A stretch of DNA of 63,458 bases, filler included, from Phoronis australis (GCA_002633005.1; 5 parts of 5 records of this genome joined end to end with filler, not necessarily neighbours in it); one strand, 5' to 3'. Positions 13,801 to 25,575 are shown, numbered from the whole stretch's first letter. Notes: generated by a model from the sequence alone, not told the origin. Program-made: numbers and translations.

Positions 13801-14988
13801 CACCATCAGGGGCAGGGGTTTGGCCACCACTGCATGCACTAAGGGAGTGTCCAACGCTGAAATACAGAAAGATGCATAAGGTTCTAACGTCTGTAAAGCA
13901 GTTAGTGACATGCAGGATACCGGGAATTTTCTCATATCAGCCCATGGATATTAATTTGGAAAATTGTATTTTGTGGCACTTCAGAAACTTCAAATAAGCA
14001 CCCGGGCTATTATTCGGAAACGGGGAGGCATGTAAACGAGTATCTGCTGTGAAAATATCAGCGTTTTTGCATAAAACTGTATTTTTATTTACAAGCTTTA
14101 AGTCCCAAGTGCACCAATACTTTATTCCTAGTTATGAAATGATATATGCTCCACAAAACTGAATTTGTGACTGCAAGTAGACACTGAATTGACTTTCAGG
14201 TGAAATTTTCCGAATAAACTTCCCAATATCTGAACACTTGAATCCCGAAATTGTAACAACAAATAAAGCCCGTGTGGGTGGGTGTTTCTGCGAAAATTTC
14301 CGGTATAGAAGACGGCAGTGATTCTTATTGCGGGTAGTGAACTAGTGCTGAGGTCTGCAACAGATTTCCTTGTGCGGGGCTGAAATGGATATCTAGGAGG
14401 CCTGTTGAACACATGTCTCCGCGAGAGTGCCGCAGGACTTGCTGACTGAGAACGTACTGCCCACAAACAATCTCTGATACTGTACACTGTTTGAGTACCG
14501 ACGCGGTCAACCAAACCACAGTGCCTTCCAAGTTCCATTACAGCCCTGACAAGGGAGTGGAAAATGTGTTTATATGTTTTTTTAAAATAAATACGTGCCA
14601 TGTGTAATGCATATTTATTGCGCAAGATAACTCAAGTTTTCACCAGTCAAATTCAAGTTACAAATGATAGATGAAGAAACATTCGTAAATTCCGGGAATT
14701 GAACACAGGTTGCACGAGTGAGAGAAAAACGGACTCCATACAGTTCAGCCAAGAACCACTTGCGGCCTGTCACCTGACCTAGAGAGTCTTTATCTGGCTG
14801 TACGTCACACCCGGTAGTCACGTGTCACAACACATGAGGTAAAAACGTACCACGTTGACTTGTCTGAATGTCAGGGTTGCAGTGTCATAGTATTTTCTCT
14901 AATCATATCAAAACATATCTTAGAGTAAAGACGCTAGTTACCTAAAAAAATCGGCTATGGATCTTTGCTTTTTCCGCGGTGGATCCAT
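10856..14988 (-). pseudogene. hAT transposase (ZMYM1/THAP12-like: TTF zinc finger, DUF4371-like region, hAT dimerisation domain), 4 exons, 2 lesions
   Basis: Exons 14988-14942, 13856-11801, 11541-11331, 11212-10856 with GT-AG and consistent phases; motifs WL.YS...YCKYC, LRGHRD, IIADEVTD, SYDGAS, HCNSH, TRW, CEAERSFS. One +1 frameshift near 13669 and one in-frame TAA at 12873-12871; about 889 aa if repaired. Confidence 0.9.
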
Positions 14989-15070
14989 CAAAAATGCTTG
15001 GCTACTTCAGACGGAAGCACGCACACAATTGAACTCCGCGCGACTTGGTGATGAGTCATGAAAACTCGAA

Positions 15071-15128
15071 CTCGCTGGTTCCCTGCGTGTCCGCTAGGGG
15101 CCTAGCGGACAAGCAGGGAAGCGGCGAG
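15071..15128. mobile_element. 58-bp hairpin insertion with 9-bp TSD
   Basis: Core arms ttccctgcgtgtccgctagg / cctagcggacaagcagggaa (19/20); flanked by aaactcgaa at 15062-15070 and 15129-15137. Confidence 0.6.
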
Positions 15129-17604
15129 AAACTCGAAATGTGTTGCTTTCCGTGATTACAGCAAATCACAATGCAAAGAAATTATATTTTTCAGGGTGAA
15201 CGTCTCAGTTTTTTCAAGGTGGTTTCCTTGGGATTTACCCTCGCTGACGGTACCATTTTCGTTATGCTGTCGACGCTTTTTTATTTTTTGATCCTGTCCC
15301 AAGGGGGGGGGTTTAAACCCCCTGAACCCCCCCCGTAGATCCGCCTCTGCAAACAGTGTATGTCCTGATGAGTGGAAAAGAAATCTTTGTGTCCGACATT
15401 CCATGTTTAAAACCCCATTTGTAACAACTATTTATAACATATAATTAAGATGAAAGTGTTAATAATCGCTGTTGTGCTTGCTCGGCCTAAACGCTGGGGT
15501 AAAATATATATTCAATGAACGTGACCATGGCCGGGTGAGGCTACTAAACCGGGCCCGGCCACTTTTCCGACCGGCGAGATTTTGGCAACTTCACAACCAT
15601 AATTTTAATTAGATTGAAACATAACAACTATATTTTTTAAATTATGCTTGAATTATACATGGTGATATACATGTTAGGTTTTATTCTCTGCGATATTTTC
15701 TTTTTCGTTCAGTGTCTCGTTAGCCAACAACACTGAGCCCAGCAGACCGGACTGGCTGACGGTGGCACGACACGGCAGCTGATGGTTCACCAAGTAGAAA
15801 CGTCTGTAATGTTCTATCAACACAAGATTCAGTTCACACATGAATGTCACATGACTGTAAGCAGCGCTGCCTGTTAGTAAAGCATCATTGCATCCAGCGC
15901 CATTTGTTTGCCGTAAAGGTTTTGGATGAGCGGGTACCTATTGCTGGGGAAACCAAGCGTGGCCTTTTCCTGGGGAAACCAAGCGTGGCCTTTTCGCTGG
16001 ATTCCTACTAAAACGCGCAACACTTTAGGAATCGTGCCGATTTACGGGTAATAGAACAGGAAATGCTTCGTATGATAAAAATTCGATGATAATAGTCCAA
16101 AATTATGCGTTTTACATTAATTAATAGATTTTGGTCGCATTTGCTGTATTGTTTTGATAATTTCGTGATGCCCTACTGAGCGCTGATTTTACTATATACA
16201 TGTACGTCATATGTAGGAATACAAATTGTCGAAGACGTATGCCTCATTTATTCAAAACTGTTTATGTTTACCATAACGCTAAACCCTCGTGAGAGACCGC
16301 CCCGAGATGGATGCTGGAGCAACTCGGGGCGGTCTGGGATCAAGCGGAAAAACCACAGGGTAAATCTGTGGTCGACGAATCTATTCGGTCGATTACATTT
16401 TATTGCCCGTGAAGCCGCTAAGGGCTGCCTGAAGAAATATGACTCGCGCGTTTGTATTTTCGCCTTTTTCAATAACATGTAAAAGATTCATCAACAAATT
16501 CCTCGTAAAATTCTGAAAACAAGCGTTTTTCTCCCACGAAAATCGATGAAGTTTTGGCCGAGATATTTCACTTTCAGTCCAGGCTAGCCCTGCACACTCA
16601 GAGAATCGTCACACAAGATTACTACGCGGTAATGCGGTTTCANNNNNNNNNNNNNNNNNNNNNNNNNNNNNNNNNNNNNNNNNNNNNNNNNNNNNNNNNN
16701 NNNNNNNNNNNNNNNNNNNNNNNNNNNNNNNNNNNNNNNNNNNNNNNNNNNNNNNNNNNNNNNNNNNNNNNNNNNNNNNNNNNNNNNNNNNNNNNNNNNN
16801 NNNNNNNNNNNNNNNNNNNNNNNNNNNNNNNNNNNNNNNNNNNNNNNNNNNNNNNNNNNNNNNNNNNNNNNNNNNNNNNNNNNNNNNNNNNNNNNNNNNN
16901 NNNNNNNNNNNNNNNNNNNNNNNNNNNNNNNNNNNNNNNNNNNNNNNNNNNNNNNNNNNNNNNNNNNNNNNNNNNNNNNNNNNNNNNNNNNNNNNNNNNN
17001 NNNNNNNNNNNNNNNNNNNNNNNNNNNNNNNNNNNNNNNNNNNNNNNNNNNNNNNNNNNNNNNNNNNNNNNNNNNNNNNNNNNNNNNNNNNNNNNNNNNN
17101 NNNNNNNNNNNNNNNNNNNNNNNNNNNNNNNNNNNNNNNNNNNNNNNNNNNNNNNNNNNNNNNNNNNNNNNNNNNNNNNNNNNNNNNNNNNNNNNNNNNN
17201 NNNNNNNNNNNNNNNNNNNNNNNNNNNNNNNNNNNNNNNNNNNNNNNNNNNNNNNNNNNNNNNNNNNNNNNNNNNNNNNNNNNNNNNNNNNNNNNNNNNN
17301 NNNNNNNNNNNNNNNNNNNNNNNNNNNNNNNNNNNNNNNNNNNNNNNNNNNNNNNNNNNNNNNNNNNNNNNNNNNNNNNNNNNNNNNNNNNNNNNNNNNN
17401 NNNNNNNNNNNNNNNNNNNNNNNNNNNNNNNNNNNNNNNNNNNNNNNNNNNNNNNNNNNNNNNNNNNNNNNNNNNNNNNNNNNNNNNNNNNNNNNNNNNN
17501 NNNNNNNNNNNNNNNNNNNNNNNNNNNNNNNNNNNNNNNNNNNNNNNNNNNNNNNNNNNNNNNNNNNNNNNNNNNNNNNNNNNNNNNNNNNNNNNNNNNN
17601 NNNN

Positions 17605-18549
17605 CCCCCCCTTGGCTGCCGCAAGCAAAATGAAACAGCAAGAGCGTGAGGAAATATTGAGTTCAGTAACTAGGACCTGTAGCGGAAGAGGGGGGGCTCA
17701 GACCCCAGATCGCGGCGGAATCGTGTTCCTGTTTTTTTTAGTCCACCGATAGATTTTCTGAACAGAAGGTCCAACGGTCTACATCCCTGGCCCCTGCAAC
17801 TTTCGGGCCGCCTGTGCACATACAATCGCACTTTGCCCAATTCCACGAGGCAACATATGTTGGCCCCCCTGTGGTATCCTAGATCCGCCACTGAATCCCA
17901 GACATCAATTTTACTGAGACACAGCCCTATACCTAGGCTACCGGAGCTAACTGTTTGTCCAGGACGAGATGAGAGTGTACCTGAGCTATGAACTTGAATT
18001 TTTTTATCAAAATATTTCGTGACAAGATTAGAAAAGCTATCGAGTCGATCTAGTCAGAGACTATGTGTTATCTGTAATCTATGACCTACTTTACTCCAGG
18101 AGTCCCACCAGTTGTGACCTACTTTTCATTTAGTGAAATTTAGCAGACGACAGAATAAAAATATCGGTGAATCTTCACTGATTTTATTCGAAAGGTCATG
18201 AAATCTATGGAATCGTACAGATAATTGGACTTTAAGGTACATATCCAGCTTTACATGAACATATCGTATCAGTGGCCTTGTCATTTGTCAGGTGAAGGTA
18301 GCCCCGAGACCGAGGGGTTCTTTGGATTTTCTCTGGCTCCTCGAGCACTTATTTTTTCATCCTCACCTTTACAAATTCCCATATCATGAATGTACGATTC
18401 ACTGTTGAAAAGCATCGCCTCTTGTCTCTGTTGACGCGTTTTCAAATGGTGCAAAAACACTCATCGATTCCACCAGGAACGTCGTTTAGCGACAGCGTAT
18501 TTGCCTCTGACATCTCGTTCGAATGTCGGGTATCACATGACTTTTCGCA
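17605..18549 (-). repeat. Left arm of a ~0.95-kb diverged inverted duplication (outer end lost in the gap)
   Basis: Reverse complement of ~20535..21455 with scattered substitutions and indels; contains a hAT MITE and a SWIM-gene fragment. Confidence 0.9.
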
Positions 18550-18667
18550 TAGGGGCGGAGCTTGCGATTGGTCAATTGACCTATCGCAAGCTCCGCTTCT
18601 ATTCACCTATTTCACGAATGCGGGGCGCTGCTGTCGTGTTGATCGAAAACGAGGTGCCTTGACAAAC

Positions 18668-20840
18668 ATGGCATCGTCCTGCAAGGTGGTGTGGTCAAAA
18701 GACTTATCAACGTTACCAAAAATCAAGTTTTCTGATGTTGAATCGATCTCCAAAAACATACCAATACGCACGGCAACTAAACTTTTACCCGCCTCAGCCA
18801 TTCCTCCGTAGTTTTCCCTTTTTGGACAAGTGTGGAAGTCAGGGATTTACCAGGCTTTTAGTCTTGAAAAATCCTGCTCGCCAGCTGGGCGAATGCCGGA
18901 GCCAGAAAATCTACTCGCCCGAAAGTTCAGTCACACGGCCGTTGGCGCCAGTCACCACAAACTTGCTAATAGTTTAAATAAAAATCATCGTTTCGTGCAC
19001 TGATGTCACCATCTATTAGGGCTATCGTATTTGCTCTAATAATTAGCGCCCAGGGGGACGCTTTTTGTAGCCCGGCTACGGCGGTTAAAACCCGGTCTCC
19101 GCTGTAACGTATGTGTAACCTATGACAGACTTTCTACAAAACTGTGGTGCATTGCTATCAAACTCCGTTGTTAATCTTTTAAAAAAAATGTGCTGAAATC
19201 CCAGGGCGAAAACTTGCCGACTGATGCGTCGAGGCTGCTTCGGCGATCGTCGATAGGACCGGCAACTTGAATTCTTCAGTAAAAACAGTTTCGACTCAAA
19301 TTACCTCAAATCCTCCTAAGTTTTCCTGTGGACTCGGAGTCGGGATTAACCGCAGATTAAGTCAAAATCTGCGCTAGATTGCACCCGGCAACGAGAAAAA
19401 TCTGGACGAACACAAATGTTGTTGTCACGTGAGGTTTGTATTGAAGTGAGTCAACAGGTGTGCACCGAGTGAGCGAGCGCGTGCGTGTCATCCGTGTTCA
19501 TTTGCCAGAGTAGCAGGCCCAATGAGCTGTATAATTGTGTAGTTATATTCATCTCATTGAGCAGGCCCACATGTAGGCCCTGGCGCGCGCTTCTTAGCCA
19601 AGTTTCGATTCGCGATTTTTATAATTTTACGTGTACAAAGCAATCTGGATTCCTGTTGTGGGAGAAAATCTGTACGGGAAAGATACAATACCAATCCCGT
19701 TGACCAGTACGCTGCGTCTGTTCGAAGGGCCGGACCATATAGTGTGACACTTTCCTCGCAAGATCAGCAAATGTTTTGCGTTCTTTTTGAAGCACTGCGG
19801 AACGGTTTGAAGTGTACAGCCACGGCTAAATACCGACATAGGGGCGAGGCTCGTGGTCTACTAGAAATAACGCGCACAATGATTTTTCAGGACTGTCGGA
19901 CATTATTGATAAATTGAATACATTACTGGAGAATTTTAGAACTGTGAGGTAAGACATTTTTCGCACAAATATATACACATTCATGGACTGGGCGCTTATT
20001 TTAGTGAAGTCTGGAAACGAGTGGGGAAGCTGAGGGGCATGGGCGCTTATGTTATAAAAATAATTTTGGCTATAATGACATTGTACATTACAAAAAGGAA
20101 TCAGTTCCAAGAAATATGGTATTTCATTTGCTATGAGCGCATGGACTGGTCTTCCACCTTTCTCCCCTTTTCTTCGTTTCGGACTAGTCCACAAATTCTT
20201 TGTGCATGACGACCACACACTGTGATTTTTTGACGAATCGCGTAACGGGTGACATGTACTGAATCGGTAGGGTCGCGCTGCGCCGATGTTTTTTACTGCC
20301 GGAGCATTGACACGATGACCAAACTGAACCTTAAATTCATGATTAAAACAGCACAAGGAGGAGGAAAATTATTCATATTCATCTGGGAAACGATATATAG
20401 TGCTTTTGCGCTTTGAAATTCGCTCACCACCTGGGCGACCGGCAAATCAACTTCTACTCGCCCAGCACCATTTTTACTCGCATTGGCGACTGGGCGAGTG
20501 GCTAAGTATATCCCTGGGAAGGATACCGACGAGTTGCGAAAAGTAACATACCCGACATTCGAACGAGATGTCAGAGGCAAATACGCTGTCGCTAAACGAT
20601 GTTCCTGATGGAATCGATGAGTGTTTTTGCACTATTTGAAAACGCGTCGGCAGAGACAAGAGGCGATGCTTTTCAACATTGAATCGTACGTTCATGATAT
20701 GGGAATTTGTAAAGGTGACGATGAAAAAATAAGTGCTCGAGGAGCCAGCGAAAATCCGAACAACCCCTCGGCCTCGGGCCACCTTCACCTGACAAATGAC
20801 AAGGCCATTGATACGATATGTTCTTGTAAAGCTGGGTATG
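18668..20840 (+). pseudogene. Relic of a SWIM-finger protein of the type carried with YqaJ/PD-(D/E)XK nuclease genes by ISL2EU/Kolobok-type transposons, split by an insertion
   Basis: N-terminus MASSCKVVWSKDLSTLPKIKFSDV (W..DL..LP pattern) at 18668; ESYVHD...CSCKAG at ~20680-20836; separated by the 18840..20516 insertion. Confidence 0.5.
18840..20516. mobile_element. Non-autonomous TIR element (hAT-like CAGGG ends)
   Basis: Ends CAGGGATTTAC / GTATATCCCTG; subterminal TACTCGC repeats near both ends; flanks ggaagt / ggaagg (possible 6-bp TSD, 5/6). Confidence 0.55.
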
Positions 20841-21455
20841 TTACCTTAAAGTCGAATTATCTGTACGATTCCATAGATTTCATGATCTTTCAAATAAAAT
20901 CATTTCTATTCTGTCGTCTCAGTGCCGGCTAAATTTCGCCAAATGAAAAGTAGGTCACAACTGGTGGGACTCCTGGAGTAAAGTAGGTCATAGATTACAG
21001 ACAACACATGCACTATAGTCTCTGATTAGATCGACTCGATAGCTTTTCTAATCTTGTAATTTTGATTAAAAAATTCAGGTTCATAGCTCAGGTACACACT
21101 CATCTCGTCCTTCGGTAGGTCTAGGGCTGTGTCTAAGTAAAATTAATGTCTGGAATTCAGTGGCGGATCTAGGATACCACAGGGGGGGCCAACATATGTT
21201 GCCTCGTGGAATTGGGCAAAGTGCAGTTGTATGTGCACAGGCAGCCTGAAAGTTGCAGGGGCCAGGGATGTAGACTGTTGGACCTTCTGTTCAGAAAATC
21301 TATCGGTGGACTAAAAAAAACAGGAACATGATTCCGCCGCGATCAAGGGTCTGAGCCCCCCCTCTTCCGCTACCGGTCCTAGATACTGAACTCAATATTT
21401 GCTCACGCTCTTGCTGTTTCGTTTGTTTGCGGCAGACAAGGGGGAGGGGGGCTGG
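20535..21455 (+). repeat. Right arm of the inverted duplication
   Basis: Reverse complement of 17605..18549. Confidence 0.9.
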
Positions 21456-21487
21456 GGCGCCTGCCCCCCCCCCTAAATCCGCCTATG
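21158..21487. mobile_element. hAT-type MITE (CAGTGGCGGATCTAGG family)
   Basis: TIRs CAGTGGCGGATCTAGG / CCTAAATCCGCCTATG; gaatt on both flanks. The same terminus occurs at 1-15, ~17878-17893 and ~38168-38183 and resembles the TIR of the 9737..15349 hAT. Confidence 0.75.
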
Positions 21488-22776
21488 GAATTGTCCGTTT
21501 GCACCATTAAGACATTTAAATTAGGCCTACCTTCTTATGAACTTGGCATTTTTTTGTAGTTTCATTCCATAAAGGTAGCTTTCATTTAATTTTGAAGGTA
21601 GCATGATCACTAAGTCGTGGTATGGTTACAAAAGATTACAAGTCTGGTGTGGTAGTTGCAAAAATAGGGTATCTACAAAATAACTCAAATTCTTTTTTAA
21701 AGCTTCATAAATCTAAATATCATGTTTGAACAATTTACTTCAAAATGAGCTCTCTCTAACCCTACAGACATAGTGTATACCAGAGGTACACGTCTGCGTC
21801 AAAAAGTAATTCAACAGTTTATTTTTAGTGACAACAGCTCGACCAATTCCGGCAGTAATCCAGTGCCCTTCCCTGTGCCGATCGAATCTCTGAATTTTGA
21901 CCGGGAGAGAAGTTCAGTTGAACCCCAGCTTACGGTTTATGAATAACAAAAATGTACCTCTGATACGAAACAAAATAATGTCCATGAGGTTGAAATAAAT
22001 AAAAAACATAAAACAAAATGTCCTTGAAAACAATTTCCGGGGACTACCGCTAGAGTGCTGAGATCCAGCAGGTGCCGAGACAAAGGCGGCCAGACGTAGT
22101 CAACTCGGGAGTCAAAATCTGAGATAGCCCTGCACCATAGCCACCAAGCTGAAAAGTGCGTATCTTGGAACTAATATATTTGTGTTTATAATAGCCTTCG
22201 AGTTATCAAGCAACATCGCTAAGTTCAGCTGCTCTTGTGGCCGTAGGGTTTGATCCATAGTTTACGCTTTTCAACATCATTTTTTGGCTTAGGACATGCT
22301 AAAAAATGACGGGATATTATTCTGGAGCAGTATAACGGCTGTCGGTGCTACACACGTCATATCAACACCGTTTCCCCATTCTTAGCGGACAATTTCTTAA
22401 GCTATAGACTAAAAGTAAGTTTTACTCGACTGCGTGTGGTTTGTTGGGTAAAATGGCGGCTTGGAAATGCAGACGAAGGTGTGCCAAGAATGCTGCGTTC
22501 TGATTGGTCAATTAAGCCGTCTGTCAGGCTGGCGATAGGTCAATTGGAATCGCCAGCTTTGGGGGTGCATTTAATGTTTTTACATAAAAGAAAGGTCAAA
22601 TTTTCACTTTGAGGACAAAGAATTTTTAATTTCGTCCTTAAACATAAAAATTTTGTCAATTTTCAAATTTACAACAAAATAAAGACAAGTTAATTTTTTT
22701 TTCCAAAATTCTTCCGGTTCTTTATAGCCCAATCCCCCCTTAAAATATTGGACTGAACTGCATTCAAATTAACCAG

Positions 22777-24321
22777 GGCCCGGTCTCCAATCTCCGTACT
22801 CAGACTCGAATCATGCTCAAACTCACACTTCATACTCAACTTGAGTACAGACTCAGCTTTGGTGTATTCAAATGTCATACTTGAAAAATCTGTACTCGAA
22901 ATTTCGAGCACGTACTCATGCAGTTTTCGAGTTAGGCAATGACCATCGCCTCTGTTGGCCCGAACTCTGGTTCGGGCCAACAGAGGCGATGGTCATTGCC
23001 TATTTTCGAGTGTACTCGAACTGAAGTGTATCTCATCTATATTTCGNGGGGGAGGGGGGGGTGGTTACGATAGCAAGGGGGTAGGTTGGCGAAGTTAAAT
23101 TGGTTTTGTGCCTCCCCCCTAAATATTTTTCCTTCCTACGGGTCTGAAGAGTCGAAAAAATTGAGGAACTAGGCACTTTAATTTTCATTAAAGTCACTGA
23201 GTCCGGTGGTGAAAGATTTTTGTCCGCAAGTTTACGTCACTGCATGAAAACCAGAAACATCGCGCCTGATGTTGCAGAGACCTCACAAGACCATGCGGAA
23301 ACAGCAGAATATTCCACATGATTCACTATTAGAAACAAAACCTAAAAACCTGTCTGAGACGGATAGCACATTGTGTTTGCACGAATTTCGATTTTCCGTT
23401 ATCTTATTTTACAAGTCTAAGCTGCGTCCCTCTATTTTCAGACGAGTCATTTGATGCAACTGCTCGAACGAATAATAATTAAAATGCCTTCTTTTGCCGT
23501 CTTCTGCGTTATGTATGCGCGCCAACTACCCGCACAATACGGTAGAAGTGTAGGAATTTTCAAATTTTGAATTGAAAGTGATCGTCAAAAATCCAAATAT
23601 GTTGTTCATCCAGTGTCCACTTTGATTGTGGATTGGTGGATTGACATGAATGCCTGTACATGTTTGAACGTTTCTGTTCTTTTAAATTCAGTACACGCTG
23701 CCGGTTAGTACATTATAGGCAGTTCCACGTAGTGCTAAAATACCGTGAACTACCTTGTTTTCTTGCACTGAGAATACGTCGTTGGGCATGTTCACGTTAT
23801 GATGGAAAAATAGGCGTAGACCTCAACTTCGGTCAATGAAAATCCCTAGTCTGTCGATGTCAATGGTGCACAAATCTGCAGACTTCATACGAGCTACAAA
23901 CTTGATGGAAAAGAGATTTCCAAGGTTCCATGTCACTATAACGAAGATTCAACACTCCGAAGGTCCAGTTCTCCGAATGCCCATTACTCCGAAGGTTCGT
24001 TATCTTCTACTTTGAATCTGTGCTCGAATAATTATAGATTACGCAAACGAATTTCTAGTCCAAGTTTGCACTTAAAAACCCTTATATTCGTGCTACAACC
24101 TCGAGTAAAAACTCAAAATTTCGAGTTTAAACTCGAAATTTTAGCTACAATGATGAATTTTTCAAGTGCAAATTAGTACTAATATGTCATCCACGTAAGT
24201 CATTATGTACTCGAGCATATAGAGTAATAGACACTTATCTTGAGTTCGCACTAAAGTAGGGTAAAAATGCCAAACATAATTTCGAATTCCATTTCGAGTA
24301 AAAAAGATTCGAGACTGGGCC
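22777..24321. mobile_element. PIF/Harbinger-type non-autonomous element with nested insertions
   Basis: TIRs GGCCCGGTCTCCAATCT / AGATTCGAGACTGGGCC (15/17), 3-bp CAG TSD (22774-22776, 24322-24324), ACTCGA-rich arms. Spans an N at 23047, so contiguity is uncertain. Confidence 0.6.
22933..23002. mobile_element. 70-bp perfect hairpin element with 9-bp TSD (TAG...CTA ends, AcademH-like)
   Basis: 33-bp perfect arms with a 4-nt loop (tctg); ttttcgagt at 22924-22932 and 23003-23011. Confidence 0.8.
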
Positions 24322-25575
24322 CAGAACTCCGACAGTTCGCTATTCTGATTGTGTGATCACGACTCATTCTCAACCTGAGAGACAACATCTGGGGCACGAC
24401 TACGGCGACCAACGGCGGTTTCAAATTTAAAGGAACATGCCACCCAAAAAACAACCTAATTTGTATCAATTTAGATCGAGTAGTTCTACTCCATAACGAC
24501 ACGTGCGGTTGCGTTACCTGACACCTGACGGCAGACGGAGGTGTTGAAATTTTCCACTGACGTCATCGGTTTCACATGCAGTCTGTTCAGCAGTTCACAA
24601 CACAGGTAACTGGTGTCAGCTTATCGCTTGAATTCATCGTTTAACACCAATAAATGATCAAACTTCGATGTAAAACCCTTAAAAATACACCGAGTTTTTA
24701 TAAAAACGTGTTGTCTTATTTCACTGTTACGGATTTATTGGTATTTGGACACACCGTAACCAACAAATTTCGGCAGTCCAATTTACCAAGGTCCGTATCA
24801 GGAGTTCGTGTTCTGTTCGGAGATAAATTCTAAGCACTTTTCCGTGAAATACAGACAGTAGGACCTAGATCTGTGTTGTTTAGACTTGTGTTTTTTAGTT
24901 CTAAACACAAAAACGCTTGTTATCCCGGCCAGTGTTTGGAACCCGATCAGGCCCGTCGCAGCCGGACCCTGACTGACTCGTTATCTCGGCCAGTGGCTCG
25001 GAACCCAATCAGGCCCGTCGCGACCGGACTGAAGACATCACGAACATTAACCAGCCAAAGTTGGAAAGTTAAGCTTGAAGTCAAGAAAATACTATACTAG
25101 TGAGCTAAAGAAGTAATGTGCACGTGATTATTTTGGTGAAGCCACGAAACTGCAAATCTACTAAGGCCTACTCGTCGGGGGCCGTGAATTCAGGTTCCCG
25201 TTTGGCCACAGAACCGCCAGGGCAGAAGTTGTACATTGACAATCATTATTTGAATAATGTATAAGTAAATAAAGATTCCCCTAACACCTGGCCGTGGGAT
25301 GGAATATCGAGTTATTGTTTCACAACAGATTCTGTCAGCAAACACTGAATTGCTTGCGCTCACACGGCCTCGGTGTCCGGTCAATTAGTTTTATTGCACC
25401 TAAAGCCGGTAACGCAGTGATTTATTCATTGCTGGCTTCTTAAGTCATTTGCACTCACGAACACTCCAAAGGCATTACAAATTGCATCTAATGGGACAGT
25501 TTTATATATAAGTATTGGTTAGGGTGAGAATAATTCATTTTGAAACAGAACGCTTAGTAATTAATAAACGTCAAC

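Larger units (their letters stand above)
9737..15349 (-). mobile_element. hAT-superfamily DNA transposon, full length (~5.6 kb)
   Basis: 16-bp TIRs CAGGGGCGGATCTACG / CGTAGATCCGCCTCTG (1 mismatch) enclose a transposase gene. Flanks gtaacttt and caaacagt do not form a TSD. Confidence 0.9.

Noticed and set aside
16554-17641. Long poly-X ORFs (also ~49904-50968 and 55845-56338)
   Set aside because: They are translations of N gaps.
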